From: Octopus bimaculoides
Lineage: Eukaryota
Assembly: GCF_001194135.2 (NCBI RefSeq)
Contig: NC_068996.1
Span: 52,802,234 to 52,866,233, forward strand
Length of the DNA stretch: 64,000 nucleotides
Direction: 5' to 3'
The first letter of the stretch is position 1. The number at the start of each line of letters is the position of its first letter. Positions 50,316 through 64,000 of the stretch are shown piece after piece. The notes beneath the pieces are model-generated. The model was not told the DNA's origin. It did no database searches and saw only the letters and a list, made by a program, of their open reading frames with translations. Position numbers and translations under genes: made by a program.

Positions 50316-51074
50316 AATGTTCCATAACAGGCTCAAACAAAACAGATACGAGGCTTTAATTAAGACCACATTAGAGAGAGAAACCCGATTCAGGGCTCCT
50401 CATTTGAGTGAATTTTTTAGCAATATGATTAAGTGTGCTACATGGAAAGACATACTGTATACATAAAAACCTTACTAGAAACTACCTGTTCAAAACCCAA
50501 GACTTCTGGTTAGAATAGAATACATACTGGTAAACTGCCTGATTGGAAAATTGCTAACAAATCTTTTAGAGCTTCAAGTGATGCATTCTATAGACTGTGT
50601 GGAATTTAACATAGGCAGTACTGTGCATGAACAGAAACACACGTGTATGTGTGTGCGCGTGCATGCGTGTGTGTATGCATGAGGGAATTAATAGACAAAG
50701 TGTTTTTACTCTAAGCATGAATCTAGATTCTACAACAGGTCATTAAATGAGTTCAGATATTTTTTTGTTTCTCCAACAACTTTGCGTGAATCGTTTAAAA
50801 CTTAATCTGAGATCTGACGAATTGCTGTATCAAGGACAGGTTAATATTGCAAGTATCTGAAACACTACAATAAATACGAGAGAAAATGAAGGGCTTAAGC
50901 TAAACGAATGAAGTCTTAACATTCAGACATCTCAGTCAAATGTAATACTGACTTATTTATATTGCTTTTAATTAATCACACAGTAATCTGATTATTTTAA
51001 GATAACACTAATGATAAGGTTAAAAGCAAGAGGCCATAAAACCAGTAGAATATTTGGGAGGGATATATCTAGTT

Positions 51075-51310
51075 TGTGGAGGTGCATGGTTTAGTGGCTA
51101 GTGTTGGATTCATGATCATGAGATTGCGGTTTCAATTCCTGGATTGGGTGATGCGTTGTGTTCTTGAGTAAAACATTTCATTTCACGTTGCTCCAGTCCC
51201 CTCAGCTGCCAAAAACGAGTGATACTGTGACAGACTGGCATCCAGTCTAAGGAGGAATTATATTCAGAGAAACTGGCTTTATGCTCCTTGTGGAGTAATG
51301 AGGACTAACC
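51075..51310 (+). mobile_element. Diverged tRNA-derived SINE (intronic)
   Basis: gtggaggtgcatggtttagtggctag...ggtttcaattcctgg...gtgttcttgagtaaaacatttca. Confidence 0.65.
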
Positions 51311-54300
51311 AACCTATAGCTAGTTTAAATTCAAAAAGTTTAAACAAAAATTATTTTTTCTTACAATGAATAAACTAATATTATATTTAATTATTGTTCA
51401 ATATTAATCAGAAAGACAAAGTTTTGAAAATGTATATTTCACAGCAATGATACAATTCAAGGGAAAAGATTTTTGGTATCTAAAATAATTAGAACTCTGA
51501 CAAGTCATTTCAAGGAAACTTGTGCAAAACCGAGATAAAGAGATGAGGAACATCATTCTTTATTATGTTTAAAAGGGGTAAAATCCAATACTTTATAGAA
51601 TTGGAGTCTAAGTAATTGGTAGCTTGTGTTAGATTCCTATAAGGGCTGATTTAACCCGTGGCTAAGAACTAATAAGATGAATATTTGATCAACTGCACCA
51701 ATATGTTCCACCAAGTGTTATAGATCAGACTAGTTATTGCTTTTGTTTCACTTCCAGGACAAAAGAATATAATATCCCTAGAAACAATATTTTGGGAAAA
51801 AGAAAACCAACGAAACTATTAAAATGGTAAACTTTCACATGGTCATTCAACCTGCTAAAATTATAGCCAACCGTAATCTCAACTCTTTAGTATTCAGGTT
51901 ACTCTCTCAAACGTAATGCTTATTTATCCACAGAGTTTTCAATTAATCATGCATTATCTTGTAGAGATTTTCATGGTGCGACTGCTTATTTTTAGAATGA
52001 CATTGAAGGATAGGTGTGAGAGGCCAGATCAGGCTAGTTTTAACATAAAAATGGTAAAACATTTATGCTGGATATGGCTCAGTTTGAATGTTAAAGAGTT
52101 AAATCACACTTTACTGCCTTAAATGATTTAGGCCAAGAACTGTCATTGGATTAGATCATTAAATACTAATTTAAACACTAAAATAGACCAAATAAGCATA
52201 CTAATACTTAAGGTCTCCTACCTTAAAAAAGAGGCAACGTGTTTTGATAAACAACTTATGTTGAATATATTAGAATATCTAAAAATAATATATTTCTAAA
52301 AAATCAGTCAATGAAAATCAATACCAGAATTCTAAATTCAAATAGATAAATCACTAAATAGAACTAAAATCTAACATCTACAATCACAAAGTAACATAAA
52401 AAATCTGACATCTACACAAAGGATTATGGGAAATTTCGCCGTAAATATTTTTGCTGTTGGAAAATTAGTCATAAGAAATTTCGTTAATGACTTTACAGTT
52501 TTTTAATGTTTGACATTAAAAATTTGCCTATTAATGCTTTTACAAAACAATGATTTATTTATTTAACAAAATGCTGATATAATTTTCCATACAGTGAATT
52601 TGTTTTAGGGCGAATTTTTTCAACACATACAAGAAGCTAACTTTTAAAAGGTAAAACAGTAAGAAATTCCTACATTTTACTCCCTACAACCATCAAAAAT
52701 AAAATTAAAAAATGCATATACAGTCAAAATCTCTTAGCAAAAATGAAAGCCACAAAATAAAAATGCCTAAAAAATGATAAAGATTAATTTTTCTTGGTGT
52801 GTGTATGTGTGTGTGCACGCGCATGCATGCACAAGCAATTTTGAAATATCTTTATGAATTTAAGTGCAACAATTAGGAAAATTCCTGTGCTAAAAAAAAA
52901 AAACACAAAAAACATCCTAACAGCAGAAAACCAATACACACAGTAGAACTACACTTGAATCTCGGACAAAACATCTACCTGTATAGACAACATGTACAAC
53001 ATCTAATGAATACCAAGATTGTGTTGGATAGTGCAATATATTCATAAGACAAGAAATTTGAGCTTACACATCGCAAAGTATTTATGCGAACACCCAGACT
53101 GTCATAGGTAGGAAGACAAAGAAATAGGAACAGATTAAGTATTGTGTATAAATTTATGTACATATATATAATCCATAACATTTATATAACTGTCTTGCAT
53201 AACTGCAATTCATAAAACAACCATCTCATTGTATTGTATGCAATATTAAGAACGTGTAAATGTTACACTTAGTGAATATCAAGCAGATATAAAGAAAAAC
53301 ATGCAAATTGGACAAGTTAATTCAAATGAGAATGGATAAAGGGAAAAACAAGCTCACTAGAAAACGTTTGTGTTTTTATATGAATATATGAATGGGAAAA
53401 TATCTGTGGTTAAAGAATGAATAATGGTTAAAAGTTACTAACAATGAAGAGGCTCAAAGAGAATATATCTCATTTGAATGAAATTTAAATTTATCAATAC
53501 AATGAGTTAAAACATTTTAAAGTTTGCACACTCAAAACATATTAAATAGGAATAAATTAGAATACCAATTAATACAAACCAAGATGTAATGTAGATATTT
53601 AAATTTATATACTAAAAAAAAATTCAACTTGAAAAGACTGAAGAGTATAGCTACACGTTAGAAAAGATGAATAGTTAAAAACAAATTACAAATTAACATT
53701 TTAATCTTAAAATATAAAAACGAAGTTTATATTAATATCAAATTAGAACTTTATTAAATTGAAATTTAAAACAATTAGTATTGTCATACTTAAAATGAAT
53801 CTAAGTATTTAGTTTTAAAATGTAATTAATTACAATACTAGAATTATTGATATTTAAGAAAAAACTCAATCATTTGAAACATTTTAAAAAGGATGAAACA
53901 AAATATACAAGTTTGAATAAATACTAAAGAAAAACAGCTAATGCAAGCTATCTTGTAGTGGAATACTGAATTCTACAGTAATGTTCAATTATAAAACATT
54001 TTATGCAATGAAATTGAAGTGAAATATATGAGTATATGAAGTACGTACAAAGAACAGAAAGCAAAAATGAATGGGACAAAGTGAGAAAATTTCTTGTCAT
54101 ATCTAAATTATTAATGGTTTTTATTTAAAAACCTCATAAAAATCCAATAAAAATCCTGAAAACATTCAAGTACCAAAATCTTATTCCTATGTATTAAAAA
54201 AAAAAGAAAAAAAACATTCAATCCAGTTATCATTTCACACTGGTACACAATATATGTAGCCATAAAAATTATGAATTGTGATGAAATTATTTTTCAAATA

Positions 54301-57300
54301 AAGGAAAGAATTCAATTCATTAGATGAATAATAAAATTTAAATAATATACAGAAAACACAAATACTTGTGTAATATATATTTACAATCTACCCCTCTTCA
54401 GATATTAACCAAGACCATGATGAAAACAATTTAATCCAAGATCATAGAAACTTAAGCTTTTAATACAGATAGATTTTGTGAAGTTGGGATTAATTATCAA
54501 AATGATGAAAAAAAAAAACATTGTATTGATAATCAAAATACAAATGGAAATCTTACTTGAAAAGCATAAGAAATTATGGAAATTATTTTCCATATTATAA
54601 TAGTTAAATCTATTATTCAAATAGCAGTACACCTGTCCAAAATGCCAGTCACTATTCATAGCATAGTAATAATGTTAATGATAATTCAGTCCATAAAATA
54701 TGTTCTGGAAATTTATAAAACAGCAACCAATCAAAGTTTCACAGAGTATTTTCACAAGATAATGCTACTAATTTAACTATGGGTGGTCTTCCAAATGAAC
54801 TACACATTATATAAATACACAATTGTCCAAGACCAGTTATAGGCCTTTCATAGAAGAGAAATTTTATATTTTTTAATTATTTTATTACTATGGAGAAACT
54901 GTTTTGTTAGACTGATGAAATTCTTGATCATAATAAAAATATCATTGATATTTTTTATCTTTAATTTGACATGGATGAATACTCTTAAAAGTTTTCAGAG
55001 CAATGGATTAGCTGAATCAGTAAGATACTGGACAAAATAAGTTGGATTATTTGAATATGGACCTGTACATTTCACTGTTCAAATCCACCAAGATCATCTT
55101 TGCTTGTCATTGTTCCAAAGATTAGCAAAATAAGTGCAACTCAAGTACTGTGGCTGATTTAATCAACTACACAACTCTCCAAAATGAGTCTTTCTACCTA
55201 TGTTAAAGATCAATAAGTTTATGGTATCAATTTTCACTAAATATTTGAATACTAAATCTAATATAATAAATGTGAAAACTAATTTCTGTGTGTCACACTT
55301 TGACCCCCCTCTCTCACTATTCAATGTAACTTCTATTGTTGATGTTTTATTAAAAGTAGTAGTATTGATGGTGGGAGTAATAAGAGAAAGAGTGGATATG
55401 TGAGAGAGTGAGGTACTGAACACTGAATTCATTTTCTTAGTACCACCACCATTGACACCACATCTGCCACACACACACGCACACCATTCAGACTTTTGAT
55501 GCCACCACCATCAATACCTTTGACTTCACTGCCTTCCCCTCCACCACCATCACCACTGTCATTCACATTGCTTACTCTCACTGTCAAGCCTGACCATCTC
55601 AGCTACCACCACCACCATCACAACTATAGCTCATACTATCACCCCATTACCATAAAAAAAGGCTGAAAGGTGCATGTATGGCAGAGGTGGTAGCAATGGT
55701 GGTACTGTTGTTTATCATGCAGTTTGCAATAAGTTCCAAGTTGACAAATTATATCACTGTTTTGATGAAAATTGTTCAAGTTTAATAAAATTTAACATGT
55801 ACTCAATGCATGAAGTGTCATTGTTGGGTCCAAGTCCTAAAGAAGAGATCTACACAGGAGCTAGCTTAAAAGTCACCCAATAGAGCGGCTTTTAAGCAAG
55901 TATCTTCTACATTCAAATATAATCTAGAGAAAAAAAGTCATCATCAGCCAACTTGACAAAGAACCTAATGCTAGTAATACTTGGGAAATAGCCTTGCCTA
56001 ATGTACTGAAAGGGTGTTGGCTAGAATTCAATATTTCTCAGTATGAACAACCGACTAGTTTTAGTCTGAACTGTGGCCATGCTGGTACACAACCTTCGAA
56101 ATTTTTAGTTTAAATCAATACTAATACTTGGCCTTGTACTTATTTTAATGACCTTGGAAAGAGAAATGTAACATCATCCTGGAACAGGATTTACAACTCA
56201 GGACAAAGGGGAGTAACTGACCCTCCTCAAGTTATTCTGACTGGCTCTTTACTAATTCTGCCCACTATAAAACTACTTGCTAATATACATATGTAAATAG
56301 AAAAACATGAAAATATATTAGTATTTTATTTACAAACATATTCACACATTTGAATTAATACACACAGGCTCACACATACTGTGCATCCAAAAAGACAAAC
56401 TGCTGCTCACTACTTTTGTACATCTTCTCATTCACAGCTGCAGTTTCAGTTACTTAGTTATGTAATTGTTGGGAAAAGTTGACAGTTGTCACCTGCTGGC
56501 AAAGAATAAACTGCATGAAATGTTTTAAGTTGTGCAATGTTTATGGTAATAAGGCATAAGCAATGGATGTGAAAAGATTAATGGAGGGCAGAGGAGAACG
56601 AGCTAACAGAGAACATCCAATGAAACGTTTAACTTGCATTAAAAAACTGAGCATACACAAGAGAACTATGAAAGCAGACAGACAAGGATTGTTGGCTGTG
56701 CTGGTATAGATATATAATGCATACAGATGAAATTCTGACATAAATTGACCAAGAGAGAGAGAGAGACAGGGATTGATGAAGTCAAATCTAAAAGTTATAG
56801 ACGATTTCAAATAGCAGGATTCAGTATTGCAAACAAGTATGAGAAAAAAAAATGTTAAAAAACCATCACATTGTTTGGAACATAACTTAGATGATGCTTA
56901 TATAGAGTTAGGAAGAATTTGAAATAAATGACCATTTTAAGATGGGCAATTTTGTTGCAATAGAACCAGAGATGACCTCAAGCAAGTTGATATCAAAAAT
57001 GAATGGTTTAACAGCCCCAGGATGTTTGAATGTGGAATGAAAATAAGCCAGTTTATTTAAAAGACAAATTAGAAAAAAAATCTAAGAAAACAGCATAAAT
57101 ATAACAAAAATTCTAAAATATACCAGAGAATTAAAAACTAATAAATGGATTGACTATAAGCTATCAAATGGATGAAACATGGATTTTATAAAATGGCCAG
57201 TTGAGTAAATGAAATGATTTATGAGGAACAAAGAGTTAGTTCAGAGCATCAGTTATAATTAATAAGCATTTAGCCGATAAAAAAATACAACTTGCCAACA

Positions 57301-58887
57301 CAAAATATAAAGCTATCAATATTTGATACAAGTCAGGTAAACAATTTCACTAATATTTACTATGGTTACAGATAGAATTGTTCACAACAACTGATAAGAT
57401 TAATGCAGATTAATGCAACAACCTTAAAGTCAGAAAAACAAAGTTAATTATTAAAATAAAGACAAGCTGAAAATGTAGATCAAACGATATTTGCATCCAT
57501 AAATATGTAATAATGTTCACATTATCAGGATTATTCCTTAAAAATTATAGTTGATTATTCCTTAAAAATATATAACTGGGATAATTTGAAAGCCAATTTA
57601 TGAAACAAGTTTCTGGTTAACTAGTTTCTTAGATTGCTTTTAGACAACATTTTAAAAACATTTCAAAATGAAATGGTTCACAGCACCTTCAGCTTATTTT
57701 GGGCAAGTGGAGATAAGCAGTTAACATCTCTATAATTGATTTCAGATATGTAACCTCTTTGATCAAATTTCTTTAGTTGTGAAAAGAAACCTTTTATTTC
57801 CTATTTACTATATCTACCAAGAATTCCTTTAACATTTCTTTCAGGTTACTACAGTCTAATACACAAGATGCTTATTTTATTTTTATCTTTATATACTTTA
57901 GTTCATTCTAATTTGTTTTTACCAATTAAAAATGGCAATTACTCTTAGATAAAACAAATTTAAAAAGTCACTCACAGATCCAAGATAGTACACTCAAGTA
58001 AATTTTTAGTATTAGAAACATAAACATGACTGACAATTTATCTTGGAATAAGTCACTGAGATATACAACAGGGATCAATGTATGTAGCAGAAGACTTTTC
58101 AATAAACATGTATATAATGTGCTTCCTAATTAAATGACACAACTCTGAAACCAATTACAGAATACCAAGTTCTTTGTAGAATAGGTGTACATCATGGAGA
58201 AATTTATCAACACAGAATTAACAATAACCCTTAACAAGCAACTGGAATCCATAAACTTCCTTTCTTTGATGCGGATTTTAGCAGTGAAAATGCTATCTAG
58301 CAACATTTTGTATAAACAAACTGTATTGGCAGTCAAACTTATACGATCACCAAGTCCTACCATTTTAATAATCTGCACAAAATTATAAAGAAATTACATG
58401 GTTGTTCTAATAGTGACTGATCTGTTTTCTATCCAGACTCTCAGACTAAAATTATATCTGGGTTTCTATGACACAGGAAGCTGAACCTAGGGACATATTA
58501 CATTGGCTTTTCAAATTTCTTTTTTCTATTGGCATGAGTAGTGTTTTGTTTGGGGAAAAATCATTTAGCCCTATCATCAGCCAATTTGTCTGAGAAATCT
58601 GAGTTATACTCTTGTAGTGAATGTGATCCAACTATTTTTAGTTTGATTCTAAGTTCACTCAATCAGATTGGGACCCAATATTTCTGGCATGAACATATCT
58701 TTATCAGTCTTTGTTATTCAGGTCAGTTAAGTACTAAATTAAGTAATTAAGGCTTAACCACGTTTGGTGTCAAAATACTGGAAACCAAACAAAGTATCAT
58801 ACAAAAGACATGGAACCAACCATGCAATAATCTAAGATTGACTTTCAATGAGTAAATGAGCCAAATATGAATGCTAAATACAAAGTT

Positions 58888-58995
<108 letters not shown>

Positions 58996-59308
58996 TTGCA
59001 AAAGATGGAAAAACAGAAATGAAGATAGTAACATTATAAACAGGGTTATCATAGAAAGTTGATTAAATTTAAGTTTACTTCCAATTTAGTGTTTTTGAGA
59101 GTTGGGATTGAAAACCTGATCCATCTTTAATTAAACAATTAGTATATTATATAAAGCATTTAAAAAGTGAATTAATAGACGCATTACAAATTGAGGTATT
59201 TCATACACTGGAATTAAGAGAATATTAGAGCAGCACAAAAGAACTGACATCTTCTTTGCAATACAGTGTTAGAATAGATGGCAGTTCGTAAGACCAACAA
59301 TAACTTAC

Positions 59309-59360
59309 CAATGATAATGATAATAATCACAAGTACAATGGTAACAAGAATAGCGATCAT
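59309..59360 (-). CDS. Syb: Synaptobrevin transmembrane exon B (MIAILVTIVLVIIIIII + phase-1 G)
   Basis: Acceptor gaaattctcttttacag|ATG; donor ATTG|gtaagtt; 52 nt; same length and phase as exon A; entirely hydrophobic. Confidence 0.8.
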
Positions 59361-59626
59361 CTGTAAAAGAGAATTTCAAAAAAGCCAAAAGTGCAAATAA
59401 ATAAAAAAATTATAAGTAAAAAGAGATAACATTGTTTAACCTCTAAAAAGATTGACTTCAACATTACGAAAAAAAAGTTTAAATTAACTGATGCTCAAAA
59501 GCAGCTTAAATGCTTTCCGATTTTTTTTTTTTTAATTATCTTTTTAAATTTTGTCTCAAATTGAGTACATGAGCATTCTCATGAAATCTTATGATTAGCA
59601 ATCTAATATAAGAGGTTAAAATTTCG

Positions 59627-59663
<37 letters not shown>

Positions 59664-60143
59664 GCGTGCAAGTGCAAGATAAAAAATAATGACATTCCAG
59701 AATATATTTCAAAGAAGAAGGAAAAGAAAAAAAAAAAAAAGAAAGAAAATGAAAGAATGAAAGAAAGATAGCAAATTTGCTTTGCGTGCTATGGGGAAAA
59801 AATTCAAATGCAAATTGTCAAAGTATATAAAACTTGAAATAAAATTTCTAAATTGGCATTCAGTGCTGGAGAAAAGAAAAACACTTTCAAGATGTCGGTT
59901 CAGTAACAATCAGCTTTCATCTGGTTGAAAGGTTATTTTTATTTCATTTTTTACCACTCAACATATTTTCATACAGTAACCCATACTTTCTGCTCGTTTT
60001 ATAAACGATAAAATTTAAAACAAGCAGAAAATTACTGCATATCATACTGAGTGGGCAAAAAAAAAAAAAGTGTGATTTCCAGGAAGCTGTTGTAAACAAA
60101 CTCAACAGGAAAGTGATTGATAATCGATGGCACCAGCACTTAC

Positions 60144-60195
60144 CAATGATTACAGTGACAATGGCTGCCACAATCGCACCAAGAATTATCATCAT
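60144..60195 (-). CDS. Syb: Synaptobrevin/VAMP transmembrane exon A (MMIILGAIVAAIVTVII + phase-1 G)
   Basis: Acceptor ataatttcag|ATG ATG; donor ATTG|gtaagtg; 52 nt. Closely resembles the squid synaptobrevin TMD (MMIILGGIVAVIVTVIIVW, recalled) and the VAMP2 MMIILG start, which also follows an exon boundary after WKNxK. Confidence 0.88.
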
Positions 60196-61486
60196 CTGAA
60201 ATTATTCAGTAATAAGGCTTCATGATTTATACCATGTTCATAAAATAATTCTACCAGGCTGTATACATTCTAAAATTTAAACTCCTTAATTATTGAATTG
60301 AAAGAAAACAAAGAGAAGAAAGGAAATGGTCATCACATTTCATTTTTATATAAGATATGTGTTATGGATCAAGTATCCATAATTGAAGATCTTAACTGTT
60401 ATCCTGCCAAATTACATACAAAGGCAAATTGAAGATAAGCTTCTTATGTCACTACTCATGGAGACAAAAAATGTAGCAGGGCACATCTAATTCGAAATTA
60501 TGTACAATTAAAAACAGAGTTTATTTAAAGCCACAATTGTAGCCTAATGTAATCTTATGAAAAGTCATGACTGTGGCTTTTAGCAGGGTAACAGTTAATA
60601 TTTTTGAAATAATTACAGAAAGTATGAGTCAACATATTTAATTATCTGAACACTATATTTTGTAAAGCTGTTGAAAGACTATTCTTACATGTATAAAATA
60701 AAGTGCCAAGAACATTCTATAATGTAAATGAATACATTTTTAAAAAGAAATTTAAATACTTTAAAAAAATTTTTAAATGTTTTGTACACATTTTTTAATC
60801 CAGAATAAGATTTCAAAATTAGTTCACAAATTACCAAGATATAAAATAAATTACTCTAACAGCTTTAAAGTCAGTTTAACTTAGTAAAATAATATACAGA
60901 TTAACTATATATTTCATCATTTAACTGCCACTCTCCAAGCAAAGATGCATTGGAAGATTCAATAGGATCCAACAAATCAGAGGACCGTGACATGCTCCAA
61001 TGTCTTTTATTGTGGTTTCCAAGGTCGGATACCCTTTCTAACAACCACTTGACAGAGCATACTGGTTGCATTTTCATGCTACCAGCAAGACTAAAAAAGA
61101 ACTTAAAGTGGCCCCTAAAACTGAAGGAGACTTTAAGAGCGTAATAATTTTTAGCAAGGTAATGAAAGACAGTAAAGAATGATAAGAGGAACAGATTTTT
61201 AGCAGTGTGGTAGTAGTGGAGGAGGGAGTAGTATGGAAGGAAACAGGGAAAGGGAGGTCAGGGTCAATGGTTAGTGAGAAAGGAAAGGTTAGGATTGTGA
61301 AGGTGATGAGACTGGCTGTGTAGAGGGGGTATTCTGCATTATAAGGGTGAGTATGAACGGTAGGCTTGAGGGGAAGGGAAGATGAAAGAGACAAAATAGA
61401 TGAGTGGCAAGAATCCATGAAGAGTCAATAAGAGGAGCAGGAGTTGTTGCGGACAGGCTGGTGTGGGAGAGATGGTGTAAAAGCTG

Positions 61487-61488
<2 letters not shown>

Positions 61489-61541
<53 letters not shown>
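61489..61541. repeat. (GA)n microsatellite running into an assembly gap
   Basis: Directly visible. Confidence 0.95.
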
Positions 61542-63539
61542 NNNNNNNNNNNNNNNNNNNNNNNNNNNNNNNNNNNNNNNNNNNNNNNNNNNNNNNNNNN
61601 NNNNNNNNNNNNNNNNNNNNNNNNNNNNNNNNNNNNNNNNNNNNNNNNNNNNNNNNNNNNNNNNNNNNNNNNNNNNNNNNNNNNNNNNNNNNNNNNNNNN
61701 NNNNNNNNNNNNNNNNNNNNNNNNNNNNNNNNNNNNNNNNNNNNNNNNNNNNNNNNNNNNNNNNNNNNNNNNNNNNNNNNNNNNNNNNNNNNNNNNNNNN
61801 NNNNNNNNNNNNNNNNNNNNNNNNNNNNNNNNNNNNNNNNNNNNNNNNNNNNNNNNNNNNNNNNNNNNNNNNNNNNNNNNNNNNNNNNNNNNNNNNNNNN
61901 NNNNNNNNNNNNNNNNNNNNNNNNNNNNNNNNNNNNNNNNNNNNNNNNNNNNNNNNNNNNNNNNNNNNNNNNNNNNNNNNNNNNNNNNNNNNNNNNNNNN
62001 NNNNNNNNNNNNNNNNNNNNNNNNNNNNNNNNNNNNNNNNNNNNNNNNNNNNNNNNNNNNNNNNNNNNNNNNNNNNNNNNNNNNNNNNNNNNNNNNNNNN
62101 NNNNNNNNNNNNNNNNNNNNNNNNNNNNNNNNNNNNNNNNNNNNNNNNNNNNNNNNNNNNNNNNNNNNNNNNNNNNNNNNNNNNNNNNNNNNNNNNNNNN
62201 NNNNNNNNNNNNNNNNNNNNNNNNNNNNNNNNNNNNNNNNNNNNNNNNNNNNNNNNNNNNNNNNNNNNNNNNNNNNNNNNNNNNNNNNNNNNNNNNNNNN
62301 NNNNNNNNNNNNNNNNNNNNNNNNNNNNNNNNNNNNNNNNNNNNNNNNNNNNNNNNNNNNNNNNNNNNNNNNNNNNNNNNNNNNNNNNNNNNNNNNNNNN
62401 NNNNNNNNNNNNNNNNNNNNNNNNNNNNNNNNNNNNNNNNNNNNNNNNNNNNNNNNNNNNNNNNNNNNNNNNNNNNNNNNNNNNNNNNNNTTATGCAACA
62501 AGATGGTGTAATAATTTTTAAGAAAAGATGCTTTTACATTCATCAGCTGTATTTGTTACAAATGAAATGGAAAAAATGTAATAGGCAACAGAGAGCCTGT
62601 CAAACAACTTCATTAAAAAGAATCATCAACCCAAGTTTATTCAAGTATTCTTTTCTGTCTGTTCCTGCACAACAACAGTTTACCAATACATCACACCCAA
62701 AATACTAAAATTACAGCTTTTTTAATGACCTATTTAATAATGTTTTCTCAATTCCTCATTTTATTTGTACTACAGGAAAATGTTGATAGCTTTCACAGAT
62801 CAACTGAGATTGGCAGGATTGTAACATATGTTTAGTAGAAACAGGAGGAAATTCTTGAGAATTGATATTCAGGAGACAAATAGGCAAGTTGAAAGTTCAG
62901 GTTGGGTGATGAAAAGCAGTAGGAGTGATAAGAAATTGATTCATTGGGTTAAGCAAGATTCAGAAAGGATATAGAACGTGTGTCAATCAGAAACATAAAT
63001 AGGGAAGTTTCACCTACACATAAGAAAACTTTTCACACACCCTACCCACAACAAACCAATCTACATCTCTGTATCATTACTATCCGGTAGCCCCCTCTTA
63101 CTCTACATACCCAGGTTTTCACCTCTCACTTCCTCTCCCCACTCTCTAATTACACTTCTTTGGCGATATCCTGCCACTTATATTACGACCTTCAAACCTC
63201 AAAGGTATTCCCTGGCACTTGCCACCATCTATATCTATCTACCTTTACTTGACCATCCCATTTACATTCTGATCCCTGTTCCTTGTGAGTATGCCCGGCA
63301 CTTTCACCACACTCTCCTTCTCCTGCACTTCCCTCAGGTTAGGTAACCATGTATCTCCTTTGCAGCAGCACACCCGTTTCTGTCCTTGTTCCTGATCTCT
63401 CTCTCTCCCTCTTTCCAGCTGGGTAACCATGTACCTCTGCTACAGCAAGACACCTGTTTGTGTCTCTCTGTCTCTCACTTTAACCTTTCATCATCACCTC
63501 CTCCCCTCTCAAAAGATCTTTGTCTTGCAGGTTACATGG

Positions 63540-63812
63540 TGACCCTGCCAGTGCAGGTATCACTTAAAAAGCATCCTATCAACACTGTAAAGTGGTTGGC
63601 ATTTTGGAAGGGCATCCAGCTGTAAAAACCTTGCCTGTGCTTGTGCCATGTACAAAGCACTAAGTCCACTCTGCTGAATGGTTGGTGTTAGGAAAGGCAT
63701 CTGTCTATAAAAATCCTGCCAAAACAGCCACAGAAGTCTGGTGCAGGATGCTGCCTGGCCGGCTCCTGTCCCACCCTTGCCAGCATGAAAGGCAGATGTT
63801 AAACGATGATGA
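63540..63812 (+). mobile_element. RTE 3'-tail copy (partly duplicated internally)
   Basis: gtggttggcattttggaagggcatccagctgtaaaaacc...cagcatgaaaggcagatgttaaacgatgatga. Confidence 0.7.
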
Positions 63813-64000
63813 AAATATGTTATTGTAGAAAGGTCACAGCAACAAAGTGAAAAGAAGACAAGAGCTACGAGATGCGAACACTGAAGTCACCAAGACAGAA
63901 GACTTTAGGGAATGAGAAATAAACACTCTCAATGTAGGATTTATCACAGTTTAACAGTTGCAGGTATTTAAAGTGTTCAAAATGTGGTAGAGGGATGAGG

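Noticed and set aside
54590-54680. Minus-strand peptide YYYAMNSDWHFGQVYCYLNN resembling the GPCR ECL1 W-x-F-G-x3-C motif
   Set aside because: There is an in-frame stop a few codons upstream, no TM3/DRY continuation, no convincing in-frame splice sites and no other GPCR exons. It is probably chance in AT-rich intron.
55163-55700. 103-aa Thr/Ser-rich ORF and (CCA)n-rich stretch in the synaptobrevin intron as an alternative luminal exon
   Set aside because: No strong acceptor in the required phase and no recognisable homology; low-complexity sequence.
60196-64000. Upstream SNARE-motif exon of synaptobrevin
   Set aside because: No WWKN-encoding or SNARE-like exon was found; it must lie in the gap (61542-62490) or beyond the window.

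Overview
AT-rich, repeat-dense animal genomic DNA with scaffold gaps. The SINE, RTE and mariner repertoire and the gene content point to a coleoid cephalopod, most likely Octopus (inference). Only one host gene can be supported: the 3' end of a synaptobrevin/VAMP gene on the minus strand. It has two tandem 52-nt transmembrane exons (60144-60195 MMIILGAIVAAIVTVII; 59309-59360 MIAILVTIVLVIIIIII) with identical length and phase and canonical splice sites. Both fit one terminal exon (48726-48751, VWVANKYG*), followed by a long repeat-poor putative 3' UTR. This looks like mutually exclusive splicing between a VAMP2-like and a VAMP3/cellubrevin-like membrane anchor, and it is the main finding. The SNARE-motif exons lie outside the window or in a gap. 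Positions 1-39.7 kb are mostly transposon debris: RTE LINEs (one ~3.3 kb copy with endonuclease and RT), many RTE 3'-tail copies, tRNA-derived SINEs, mariner (DD34D), maT-like (DD37D) and hAT fossils, a Helitron 3' end, MITEs and a solo LTR. Two elements stand out: an LTR followed by three tandem tRNA-Trp primer-binding sites, and a 429-bp palindrome combining a tRNA-like head with a hammerhead-like core. Repeat boundaries are approximate (read by eye); exon, LTR and palindrome coordinates were checked base by base.
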